A stretch of DNA of 32,000 nt from Candidatus Brocadiaceae bacterium (GCA_039794405.1 JBDIVL010000003.1:96843-128842), one strand, 5' to 3'. Shown: positions 1 through 7,247, numbered from the stretch's first letter. Program-made: numbers and translations. The notes: a model not told the origin generated them from the letters alone.

Positions 1-61
1 TAGAAGCTGCAGGCTGATTGCTTACGAGTATCTGTACATAATATTTTATTTTTCCAAGGTT

Positions 62-201
62 GGGGCTGTCCAAAAAGTAATTTTTTGTAAATTTATTCCC
101 CACGTATATTCTTGTAACGGTAGGTTGTTCCCACAGAGGACTGCTAAAACACAGCTTTTATGGGTATATAGCCCCATCGGCAATACTTTTTGGACAACCC
201 C
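62..201. repeat. Inverted-repeat element with 17-nt arms GGGGCTGTCCAAAAAGT (62-78) and ACTTTTTGGACAACCCC (185-201) and a ~106-nt spacer; MITE-like or a long hairpin
   Basis: The arms, read directly, are 16/17 complementary. A third solo copy of the arm (TTTGGACAACCCC-R-TG) lies at 8917-8932. Both strands are open across the element, so ORF 46..297 is probably an artefact. Confidence 0.35.
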
Positions 202-268
202 ATGTGTTTGGGAATTGATGTACGGCTTTTGATTGGCGTCAGGCACAGGTAACGTGTCAAAACGTTTC

Positions 269-292
269 GGTTCAATCGTGGACGATTGAACC
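269..292. repeat. Perfect hairpin GGTTCAATCG-tgga-CGATTGAACC (10-bp stem, 4-nt loop)
   Basis: Read directly. A related imperfect copy lies at 646-668 (GGTTCAATC..TGGA core on the opposite strand). Confidence 0.5.
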
Positions 293-433
293 AACACTGA
301 TAATAGTCCTGAAAATGTACAAAAATTTATGTTCAGGTACTTAATTATTTTTCCGTGAAATGCCCCGTGTGGAGGTCATTATATTATCCCTTAGGATTGG
401 TGTTGTTTGCTGGTCTTTTTCTATAATCATTTT

Positions 434-457
434 ACCCCCTTCGGGGTTTATGTTTTT
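434..457 (+). terminator. Weak terminator-like hairpin ACCCC-cttc-GGGGT followed by TTATGTTTTT
   Basis: 5-bp GC stem plus a T-rich tail on the plus strand only. No convincing upstream plus-strand gene is present in the window. Confidence 0.25.
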
Positions 458-645
458 AAATAAATCATATTTTGTGAGTACGTCAAATATATAATGAAAA
501 TGAAAGGTTTTTGGGGAAGCCGTTGAGATTTATTATGAAAAATGATAAAATCTTGCGATTGCTCAGGTTTAAGGTTCGGGGTTCACGGTTGTTTTCCTTT
601 GCCTGGGGCATCAATCAAAAACGTGTGGGCCGATGCTCAACATAT

Positions 646-668
646 GGTTCGGTATCCAGGATTGAACC
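646..668. repeat. Imperfect hairpin GGTTCGGT-atccagg-ATTGAACC, same family as 269-292
   Basis: Its reverse complement GGTTCAATCCTGGATACCGAACC shares GGTTCAATC-N-TGGA with the 269-292 copy. It sits 16 nt upstream of the lpxD ATG. Confidence 0.4.
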
Positions 669-683
669 GTGAGGACTGACATT

Positions 684-1733
684 ATGAGATATACTCTTGA
701 TCAAATCCAATCCATTATCGGTGGAAAAGTTATTGGTGATTTGAACACCCTCATTACGGGAATCGCCAGTATTGAAGCTGCAAAAGAGGGGGATATAACT
801 TTCATTAAGGACGATGCGTTCATCCCAAATGCCATGGCTTCTAAAGCCTCGGCGATAGTTGTGCACCGTGAGATTCAAACCTTAAAAATCCCTCAAATTA
901 TAAAAGAAAACCCTTTTCTTGCCTTCACGAAATTTATGGAAATCATAGGCAAGGAAAGGTATATGCGCCCATCCGGTATCCATCCGACGTCTATTGTTAG
1001 TAGAGATGCTATAATAGGAAAAGGTGTTTCCTTTGGTGCCCATGTTGTTATTGATGATTGCGTAAGGATTGGGAATAATGTCACCATTTATCCGAATACG
1101 TTTATCGGAAAGGGGAGTTCCATAGGTGATGATTCCCTTATCTATGCAAATGTTACTATCCGGGAAGATGTTACCATTGGGAAACGGGTTATTGTGCACA
1201 GCAGCAGTGTTATCGGAGACGATGGATTCGGTTATCTGCAAACGCATGGTAAACATATGAAGATACCACAGATAGGAACGGTTGAGATCGGGGACGATGT
1301 TGAAATCGGTGCCATGGTGACCATCTGCCGTGCTGCACTCGATAAGACGGTTATAGGGAATGGAGTAAAAATAGACAATCACTCACACATTGCCCATAAC
1401 GTTACGGTAGGAGACAACAGTATGCTTGTTGCCTATGCCAAGATTGCGGGGAGTGTTAGGATTGGAAAGAATGTTCTGATTGCGGAAGATGTAGGAGTGA
1501 CAGACCATGTGACTATTGGTGATAGTTGTATTATTGGCGGGGGGTCTAATGTTTATAAGAGTTTGGATGACCGTTCCGTCGTATGGGGTTCACCTGCCAA
1601 ACCCATCAATGAAGAAAAGCGTACTCAGGTGTTAATCAGAAAATTGCCGGAAATCTATAAGGCCATGAAAAAATATTGCAATAGTGCGTCTCACCGCAAA
1701 GATGCAGAAGGTGGAGAGGCGGAAAGACTATAA
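684..1733 (+). CDS. lpxD: UDP-3-O-(3-hydroxyacyl)glucosamine N-acyltransferase (LpxD)
   Basis: An LpxD-type N-domain (MRYTLDQIQSIIGGKVIGD...ITGIASIEAAKEGDITF) is followed by a long run of hexapeptide (left-handed beta-helix) repeats. The ORF track opens at GTG 669; I chose ATG 684. Confidence 0.9.
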   Translation: MRYTLDQIQSIIGGKVIGDLNTLITGIASIEAAKEGDITFIKDDAFIPNAMASKASAIVVHREIQTLKIPQIIKENPFLAFTKFMEIIGKERYMRPSGIHPTSIVSRDAIIGKGVSFGAHVVIDDCVRIGNNVTIYPNTFIGKGSSIGDDSLIYANVTIREDVTIGKRVIVHSSSVIGDDGFGYLQTHGKHMKIPQIGTVEIGDDVEIGAMVTICRAALDKTVIGNGVKIDNHSHIAHNVTVGDNSMLVAYAKIAGSVRIGKNVLIAEDVGVTDHVTIGDSCIIGGGSNVYKSLDDRSVVWGSPAKPINEEKRTQVLIRKLPEIYKAMKKYCNSASHRKDAEGGEAERL

Positions 1734-1937
1734 GACCGTGAACAGTTAGCTTAGAGATTTTCTGAAAAGATGAAAGGGTGGATTCACTGTTGATTGAGTG
1801 AGAAAAATGTGAAGAATAACGCCGATAAAGTGTATGTCAGGTATTTTGCTGTCCTTTAGAACCTGTGCAAAAAGTTCTCAATCTGGTCGTTGTTTATGTT
1901 TTAGTAATAAATGATATATCCATAAATACCGCACACA

Positions 1938-1977
1938 AATAAAAACCTCCCGCAGGGTTAACAATCCATACGGGAGG
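1938..1977 (-). terminator. Rho-independent terminator after the multicopper oxidase gene
   Basis: CCTCCCG (1946-1952) and CGGGAGG (1971-1977) form a 7-bp GC-rich stem with an 18-nt loop. On the minus strand the stem is followed by TTTTTATTT. Confidence 0.55.
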
Positions 1978-2019
1978 GTGAGGAGGCATTAGATATGTGT
2001 GTTCTGTGATGAAATTATA

Positions 2020-3288
2020 TCAATGTTCCAAAGGGTTGTACGGCTTACCGCCCTTCACGGGGGCTTCCGGCAGGGCTACCCTGCTCTTGCTCTTCACATC
2101 AAAAATTGTTAATGCACCCAAAGGATATTTACCTGTTGATACCATCCCGCGCAGGTTGTGATCATGCATGATCGTTATGCCCGCACCCAAATTGCAGGAT
2201 AAACATTTCCTTTGGCTTGCAAAGTGAGGAATCCTTACCAGCACATCAATCCTCTCGCCACTCGCAATGCAGAGGGTATCTTTTTCATAGCTGCTCTTGA
2301 GCTTTCTCCCATCCAGTGCAATTACTTCCATATGGTAACCGTGGGGATGGATTGCAAATACATGATCGGCGCCAATGGCCATAAAACGTAAAAGAACCGT
2401 TTCGTCTTCATAAGCTACGATTCTTGAACGTGGATCGTTTATAACGGAGCGCGGATGATAGAGGTTATCGGTGAACGTTCTTCCGTTAATTAAGAAATAA
2501 TCAGCCTTCCAATCCTGCAATCCATGAACAACACCGGCTTCCTGTAACTGTTCATTCGCCGTAGAAGACAACTCGCTAAAAAACAATGTATAGTCACGGT
2601 CATACTTGTATCCGTAAGCGGTCTTCGTTCTATCCTGATGGATAATAATAGGGAAATACATGCCAGCCAGAATATGATTAAAACTATCCACGTGGCAGTG
2701 TCCCATAAAAGAACCCTCATACTGAGGAGTCAATTCATACGCAAAAGACTTATGTTCTAAAACGGGATCAACGGGCAAAGAAGGCACACCGTCAACGGCC
2801 GGGGTTAAATCAAGACCGTGAAAATGGATCGTATGCGCCACATGGTTTATACCCGAATGTTCGTCTGCACAATGCATACCCGTATTATGCAAAACAATCC
2901 TGGCCTTTTCGCCAACAAAAAGGTGAATCGGATCACTAGGGACTTTTACAGGTTCTAAGAGTTGTTCTACGTGTTCCTTTGTGGTTACTTCTCCTACATT
3001 CTTAAAACTTCCTTTGGCATGAGTGTAACCCATTACCCACACTAATTCACCATTGGCCATTTCAACGTACCCGTCTGTGGTATAAAGATGGAATTCCCAC
3101 ACACCATCCTTGGTACGTTCTCCAAGAATATCCCCATTCGTTACATTGATTAGCTCTTGTTCTTCCTGACTCATATCCCAGCTTTCATTCTGTATTGGTT
3201 CTTCACCAAACACATTAAACATAACAGTATGCATACCAATGAAAAAAACAACCGTTGCCCATCTTATTTTCTCAAACATACACTTCAT
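2020..3288 (-). CDS. Secreted two-domain multicopper oxidase (type C arrangement, T1 copper in the N-terminal domain)
   Basis: It has a hydrophobic N-terminal signal-like segment. Copper motifs occur in the order HTIHFHG, GHCHVDSFNHILAGM, HPHG, MHDH. At 422 aa it fits two cupredoxin domains. Confidence 0.8.
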   Translation of the reverse strand: MKCMFEKIRWATVVFFIGMHTVMFNVFGEEPIQNESWDMSQEEQELINVTNGDILGERTKDGVWEFHLYTTDGYVEMANGELVWVMGYTHAKGSFKNVGEVTTKEHVEQLLEPVKVPSDPIHLFVGEKARIVLHNTGMHCADEHSGINHVAHTIHFHGLDLTPAVDGVPSLPVDPVLEHKSFAYELTPQYEGSFMGHCHVDSFNHILAGMYFPIIIHQDRTKTAYGYKYDRDYTLFFSELSSTANEQLQEAGVVHGLQDWKADYFLINGRTFTDNLYHPRSVINDPRSRIVAYEDETVLLRFMAIGADHVFAIHPHGYHMEVIALDGRKLKSSYEKDTLCIASGERIDVLVRIPHFASQRKCLSCNLGAGITIMHDHNLRGMVSTGKYPLGALTIFDVKSKSRVALPEAPVKGGKPYNPLEH

Positions 3289-3445
3289 AGTATTCTTCCC
3301 CTTATACGAGATTTTCTTAAGTTATTAAGACCATCCTGCCCCCCCTCCTTCGTAAGGAGATGACAAGGGCGGAGATCTTCAATCTAGTTTGAACAATTAC
3401 CGGATAAGTGCATTTCTTCATTAAAGAATCATCGAATTTAATACG

Positions 3446-3640
3446 CTATGCACGAACGAAACTGTCTGTAGCAGATGAGTTTCGTATGGGACACTTTAGG
3501 TGATTTTCCGTTTTACAAAACACTTCGGTTTCATAACGATTGGGATAGAGAGGCAGCGATAGTTCCCTATACACGTTGCATATTCCTCCTTTCATACTGG
3601 TACTTACAAATTCCTTGCAGACAGATCTTTTATCCTTCAA
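3446..3640 (-). CDS. Small 64-aa four-cysteine protein, unknown function
   Basis: A TTG start is preceded by AAGGAGGAA with a 7-nt spacer. It is co-oriented with the oxidase and 157 bp upstream of it. I recognise no family, and the antisense ORF 3475..3777 runs through a REP palindrome. Confidence 0.4.
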   Translation of the reverse strand: MKDKRSVCKEFVSTSMKGGICNVYRELSLPLYPNRYETEVFCKTENHLKCPIRNSSATDSFVRA

Positions 3641-3726
3641 AATTCTTCCTCCTTATTATCTTTACCAATGAATCAAGTTTTAAAAGTAACCGATATTGTA
3701 TAAGCAATCGGCTATCAGCGGTCAGA

Positions 3727-3756
3727 TGTAGGGGCATATTGCAATACGCCCCTACA
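3727..3756. repeat. REP-like palindrome TGTAGGGGC-atattgcaatac-GCCCCTACA
   Basis: 9-bp perfect arms, with a loop that is nearly palindromic itself. Degenerate relatives lie at 8886-8914 and 23908-23939. Flanking GCTATC/GATAGC segments add a further imperfect stem. Confidence 0.6.
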
Positions 3757-3945
3757 TGCCCGATAGCTGACTGTTGACAGATGATGACTCATGATCTCTT
3801 GTACCGGTCTGAGGTTTCGCCTCGCTAGCGTTATTCTAAAAGCAATATTCTGGTATGAGTCAGCGTATTCAAGAAATCACTGTGCTTACCGGCAAAATTT
3901 TATCGACGTTTAGATGCTTAGCGGCCTAAATTTGTACGCCTCACG

Positions 3946-4314
3946 CTACTGCTCTTCCCATAATCTCTCCAGAGTCAATTCCAGTTCTTCAATATTTATA
4001 GGCTTAGTCAGGTAATCATCTGCGCCGAGTTTCATCGCTTCCACAGCAGTTTTCACGGAACTACAGGCAGTAACAACTACGATTGCCACGGGTTTATCCC
4101 TTTTTCTTATTTCATGTATTAGGGTTAATCCCCCCATTCCTGGCAGATCCATATCTGTTACGATAATATCAAACTTTTCCTCCGACAGGAGATTTAAAGC
4201 CTCATGGGCGGACAGAACACCAGCCACAGAATAACCGTCACCTGCCAATATCTTTGTTAGTCCACTTAGTGCATTTTTATCATCATCTACCAGCAGCAAT
4301 CTTGGCTTTGTCAT
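3946..4314 (-). CDS. Stand-alone response-regulator receiver (CheY-like), paralogue of the receiver of the EBP at 7315..8661
   Basis: MTKPRLLLVDDDKNAL...DIIVTDMDLPGMGG...TA..S...A...GADDYLTKP carries the acidic pocket, phospho-Asp, Thr and Lys positions. 91 of 122 positions are identical to the EBP N-terminus by hand alignment. I chose ATG 4314 over the ORF-track 4323. Confidence 0.9.
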   Translation of the reverse strand: MTKPRLLLVDDDKNALSGLTKILAGDGYSVAGVLSAHEALNLLSEEKFDIIVTDMDLPGMGGLTLIHEIRKRDKPVAIVVVTACSSVKTAVEAMKLGADDYLTKPINIEELELTLERLWEEQ

Positions 4315-4341
4315 AAAAATCATTTCACAAGAAAAATCTGT

Positions 4342-4752
4342 TTATTGATGGCCTGCATTTTTCAGAAACATACCAAATTTTTTATCTTCGTTTGTTATAT
4401 GGTTTGTCAACCAGTCACACAACTGCCGCTGGGTTTTTATTACGAGATGAGAGGTAGCACCATCTGCTTCAAATTCTTTTTTTAAGGTAGAAAAATCCTT
4501 GATAAATTGAGTATGCTCTGTCTTCTGCTTTGAATAACCACCGTAGTTATATTTCGTCATCAAGGCCTCTTCCGCTCCGAAGTGTTTCACGACATAATCA
4601 GCTAAATACGTAAGTACCTTACCGACCTCATCCTTTCCTTTACCCTGTCCCATTGCAGTCAGGAGATCACCTACCCTGGTAAAAATTCCTTTATGCTGGG
4701 TATCGACCAAATCTATACCTATTGACAAATCATCACTCCATTTTGTTGCCAT
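4342..4752 (-). CDS. Bacteriohemerythrin (hemerythrin-like di-iron protein)
   Basis: W-SDDLSIGIDLVDTQHKGIF, HFGAEE, TEHTQF and NHITNEDKK supply the H, HxxxE, H and HxxxxD ligand pattern. The protein is 136 aa, and a good SD (AAGGAAGGA) lies upstream. Confidence 0.9.
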   Translation of the reverse strand: MATKWSDDLSIGIDLVDTQHKGIFTRVGDLLTAMGQGKGKDEVGKVLTYLADYVVKHFGAEEALMTKYNYGGYSKQKTEHTQFIKDFSTLKKEFEADGATSHLVIKTQRQLCDWLTNHITNEDKKFGMFLKNAGHQ

Positions 4753-4879
4753 ATCTTATCCTTCCTTGTAGAATTATTTCCATTTTATAAAAGGTTCCTA
4801 ATGGCCTACCTGCCTGGATGAAACAAACCCCCTGGTTTTTCAAAAACATATCGAATTTTTATCTTTCTTTAAAACCATT

Positions 4880-4895
4880 AACAACTGTTGTACCA
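4880..4895 (-). promoter_or_regulatory. Candidate sigma54 (-24/-12) promoter for the hemerythrin-receiver operon
   Basis: The minus strand reads TGGTAC-AACAG-TTGTT. This keeps the GG-N10 spacing of TGGCAC-N5-TTGC but has T instead of C at -12. It is near-identical to the element at 7119-7134 and lies about 130 nt upstream of the start codon. Confidence 0.45.
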
Positions 4896-5009
4896 ATAAG
4901 CATCCAATCTCTCATAGAATTAATATATGTACTTGGAGTTTCATAGCTTAGACGAATGAAAATGAATTTTCCCATTTGATAAAACATTCACAGAAAGAAT
5001 TGAGAATGA

Positions 5010-5036
5010 TGTTTTTCGCGAAAATTTTGCAAAAAA
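5010..5036. promoter_or_regulatory. Candidate enhancer (UAS) box TGTTTTTC-GCG-AAAATTTTGC-AA-AAAA
   Basis: It matches 7248-7274 at 22 of 27 positions and contains the palindrome TTTTC-N2-GAAAA. It lies 115 nt beyond the -24 edge of the 4880-4895 element; the other copy lies 114 nt beyond its element. Confidence 0.4.
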
Positions 5037-5134
5037 CGGGGCGCAGGAGCAAAAAAAAATGAAAAAATTTCGGTTCTGTTTATCATCATTAACAAACACT
5101 TTTCATCGGTCTGAAGTACTGCTACTTTCGTGGC

Positions 5135-5378
5135 TTAACACATTCCGGCGTACTTTAGTAACACCAGTAGTTCAATGGGCTTATAAATAGCAAAATCAGG
5201 TATAACGTTACAGCCGGTGTTTGTCCGTCTTTTTAGCAGCTTGATAGCCTCTATACCACTGGCAGACAGGTAATCAGGTACTCTTTCTTACGAGGAATGA
5301 TCTTAAAAAGTCATATGTTTCAGGTTTATCATCTACTACCAGGATATGGCACTTGTGGACAGGTATTTTTTCAAGCAT
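5135..5378 (-). pseudogene. Decayed response-regulator receiver domain (frameshifted)
   Basis: The minus-strand translation gives MLEKIPVHKCHILVVDDKPETYDFLRSFLVRK, then after frame changes EYLITCLP / SGIEAIKLLKRR..IPDF...IELLVLLK. At least two frameshifts interrupt it and the region around the phospho-Asp is deleted. Confidence 0.5.
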
Positions 5379-5439
5379 GTGAGACGATGTTATGTCTGGT
5401 GATTGTCTCATTATTGGTATTTCCAGTCAAGCCTCATGA

Positions 5440-5921
5440 AGCCCAAAAAGTATTTTCGGTGGTGATAGTACAAAAGGTGATGGCAACAATTTGTTTAAAT
5501 TTCAAATTGGGGCCGGATCGAATATCTCAAGTGATTTGTTGAAGTTTGATCTGTTGAATGATTCAAATGTTTCATTGGGTACCAATAATACTGAATTTAG
5601 TATATAAAACTAAATTTGACGGCTAGTGCTACAAATGTTACTTCAATAGGCGGAATAAACGTATTGGGGAGTTTTGCTGCCGCAGGTTTTACAAACGCCC
5701 TTGACGGAACCGTAACCATTTGTTTTTTTGCTGATGTATCGAAAGCATTAAATTATATAGGTGTAACAATCAGCAGGTTAACCTATCAGGAAAATAGCCT
5801 TATGGTAAGCAAGGCGAGCATCGGATCCACACGGAGCCGGATTGAAGATGTACATATGGCAGAAGAACAACTTGTTGATGCAAAACTTCAGATACTGCAA
5901 CAGACCGCCGCAATAACGTAG
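5440..5921 (+). pseudogene. Flagellin remnant (central and C-terminal parts only, two frames)
   Basis: Frame 1 reads SIFGGDSTKGDGNNLFKFQIGAGSNISS... (flagellin FQIGA motif) and stops at 5605. Frame 3 from 5616 reads ...SRLTYQENSL...STRSRIEDVHMAEEQLVDAKLQILQQTAAIT, a flagellin C-terminal D1/D0 pattern. The N-terminal D0/D1 and the last ~15 aa are absent. Confidence 0.6.
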
Positions 5922-5929
5922 TGCGGCGG
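5905..5929. terminator. GC-rich hairpin CCGCCGCA-ataacgtag-TGCGGCGG between the convergent flagellin relic and ferredoxin gene
   Basis: 8-bp perfect GC-rich stem. The T-tails are poor on both strands, so function as a terminator is uncertain. Confidence 0.35.
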
Positions 5930-6048
5930 TATTCTCAAAACGAGTGATTGCTAAGCTTGAAAAGCCTCTCACATAGCAATATTCAGATGTTTCTTCTTTT
6001 AAAATCTCCTTATCTTCCGTTAAATTATCAACAAACAACAACCTTGGC

Positions 6049-6246
6049 CTATGTTTTGTATTTTATATACTGTGTAGGGCAGAGATATGCTGCCTGCTTG
6101 ATGCCTTCAGTAAAAGAAGCGATATTAGCACCTTGTTTAACCTGCGGACCTACGCCTGCTACAAATTCAAAAGCCCCTGATGCCTCTTCAATGCACATCG
6201 TACATTTAACACAATCACCTTCAAACCAAACAGTTTCTATCCTCAT
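6049..6246 (-). CDS. Small single-cluster ferredoxin
   Basis: MRIETVWFEGDCVKCTMCIEEASGAFEF...AAYLCPTQYIKYK has a CxxCxxC...CP cluster motif in about 65 aa. ATG 6246 with GAGGAGG upstream is preferred over the TTG at 6276. Confidence 0.7.
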   Translation of the reverse strand: MRIETVWFEGDCVKCTMCIEEASGAFEFVAGVGPQVKQGANIASFTEGIKQAAYLCPTQYIKYKT

Positions 6247-6279
6247 AATAATCAATTTCCTCCTCAATAAATTCAAAAA

Positions 6280-6326
6280 GTGAATAGTTAATAGAGGATA
6301 AAATACCCCCCCTACTAACTATTCAC
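6280..6326 (-). terminator. Intercistronic hairpin with T-tail between the protoglobin and ferredoxin genes (possible attenuator)
   Basis: On the minus strand GTGAATAGTTA ... TAACTATTCAC forms an 11-bp stem. The 25-nt loop contains a G7 run, and the stem is followed by TTTTTGAATTTATT and then the ferredoxin SD. Confidence 0.4.
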
Positions 6327-6347
6327 TAACTTATTCACTGTCTACCA

Positions 6348-7004
6348 TTACATCCAGGGAGCAAAATAATCAATGTGATAAACATCGATAATTAACCAGA
6401 AAAGTTTTGTCCATGCAGAGGTAATTCTCTGCAACTTTTCTGGCTCGTTCCTTAAAGTTTCGGCCAGAAAGTTAAATAAATACTGGTGGATGTAGCCCCA
6501 GAGCGCAATGTTTAGCCTTACTGGTATATACAGATCTTCAAAACCGAAGATCGGTACATGTACGGCGCCAACCCAGCGAACAAAATTCCAAAACTCTTCG
6601 TCCCATTTACATTCCAGGATCTTCAGGATAAACCTCCGCTGCCTCGCCCTCCGAATAGTGACATACTCTTTAGAAATCTTCCCAGTTTCATCCCTAAACC
6701 ATTTTGACAGCCAGGGGTCGTTGATAAGCTTTTCCCAATAAATATGATCAAGGATTGCCTCCAATTTCGGCGCTAAAATCTCTTTTGATTCCCTGATTGC
6801 TTCTGTGTCTTTATCTGTGAAGTTTACACATTGGGACATATACTCATAACGCTTCATAATATCGAGACTGGTATCCCGATAAAGATTCCATGATTTATTA
6901 AATTCGGGGATATCCAGAACAGAATTACGTTTACCAGCAGGAACCTTCTTCTCTGCTTCCATCGGAAACATCTTCATATAAGCATTCGCCATAACTGAAC
7001 TCAT
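6348..7004 (-). CDS. Single-domain protoglobin (globin-coupled-sensor-type globin without an output domain)
   Basis: It aligns by eye along its length with Methanosarcina protoglobin as I remember it: F-T-x-D-x-E-I...EILD..Y...P.L...F....G....KY....R.R...IL...D...IG..H. The putative proximal His sits in WVGAVHV. SD GGAG lies upstream. Confidence 0.8.
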   Translation of the reverse strand: MSSVMANAYMKMFPMEAEKKVPAGKRNSVLDIPEFNKSWNLYRDTSLDIMKRYEYMSQCVNFTDKDTEAIRESKEILAPKLEAILDHIYWEKLINDPWLSKWFRDETGKISKEYVTIRRARQRRFILKILECKWDEEFWNFVRWVGAVHVPIFGFEDLYIPVRLNIALWGYIHQYLFNFLAETLRNEPEKLQRITSAWTKLFWLIIDVYHIDYFAPWM

Positions 7005-7118
7005 CTACCATTTCTCCTCGTGAAAAAGTTGAAAATCCTGTACACTGCCATTTTGCTATTAATGTTTACCTTGCAAGGTTAGGAACGGCTTTATAACAGC
7101 CAAACCGCTTGTCATATA

Positions 7119-7134
7119 AACAACTAACGTACCA
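7119..7134 (-). promoter_or_regulatory. Candidate sigma54 (-24/-12) promoter for the protoglobin-ferredoxin operon
   Basis: The minus strand reads TGGTAC-GTTAG-TTGTT, the same as the 4880-4895 element outside the N5 spacer. It lies about 115 nt upstream of the start codon. Confidence 0.45.
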
Positions 7135-7247
7135 GAGACAGTCTCAACAATGTGCTGTTGGATGTAAGTACTTACAACAATGAAGTTTAAAAAATAAATT
7201 TGTTTTTCTTGCAGAAGAAACAGGACGAGGAGAAAAGGATTTTAAAA

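Noticed and set aside
46-297. 83-aa minus-strand ORF, plus an equally open plus-strand frame from 2 to 232
   Set aside because: Both strands are open because of the 17-bp inverted repeats and the perfect hairpin at 269-292 lying inside it. The composition is Cys/aromatic-rich, with no SD and no recognisable family.
646-668. tRNA-like GGTTCAATCC T-loop motif followed by ACCA on the minus strand
   Set aside because: No 5-bp T-stem can be formed around the loop, and no acceptor, D or anticodon arms are present. It overlaps the lpxD start region and belongs to the hairpin repeat family.
882-1382. 166-aa (and nested 64-aa) ORF antisense to lpxD
   Set aside because: It lies entirely inside the well-supported lpxD frame. 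Hexapeptide-repeat genes typically give long antisense open frames, and the sequence is low-complexity and unrecognisable.
2020-3288. Copper nitrite reductase (NirK) as an alternative call for the two-domain copper protein
   Set aside because: The protein has HCH (the Cys is flanked by two His, as in trinuclear-cluster oxidases) rather than the NirK HCA pattern. It also has HxHG and HxH pairs in the second domain.
3475-3777. 100-aa plus-strand ORF
   Set aside because: It is antisense to the SD-supported small ORF and reads straight through the REP palindrome, giving the typical spurious ...GILQYAPT... peptide.
3791-3807. Third sigma54-like element (minus strand CCGGTACAAGAGATCAT) upstream of the small ORF / oxidase, near an AAAATTTTGC fragment at 3891-3900
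   Set aside because: It lacks the T of TGG and the TTG of the -12 element. The upstream fragment is in the opposite orientation and at a different distance (~90 nt), so support is insufficient.
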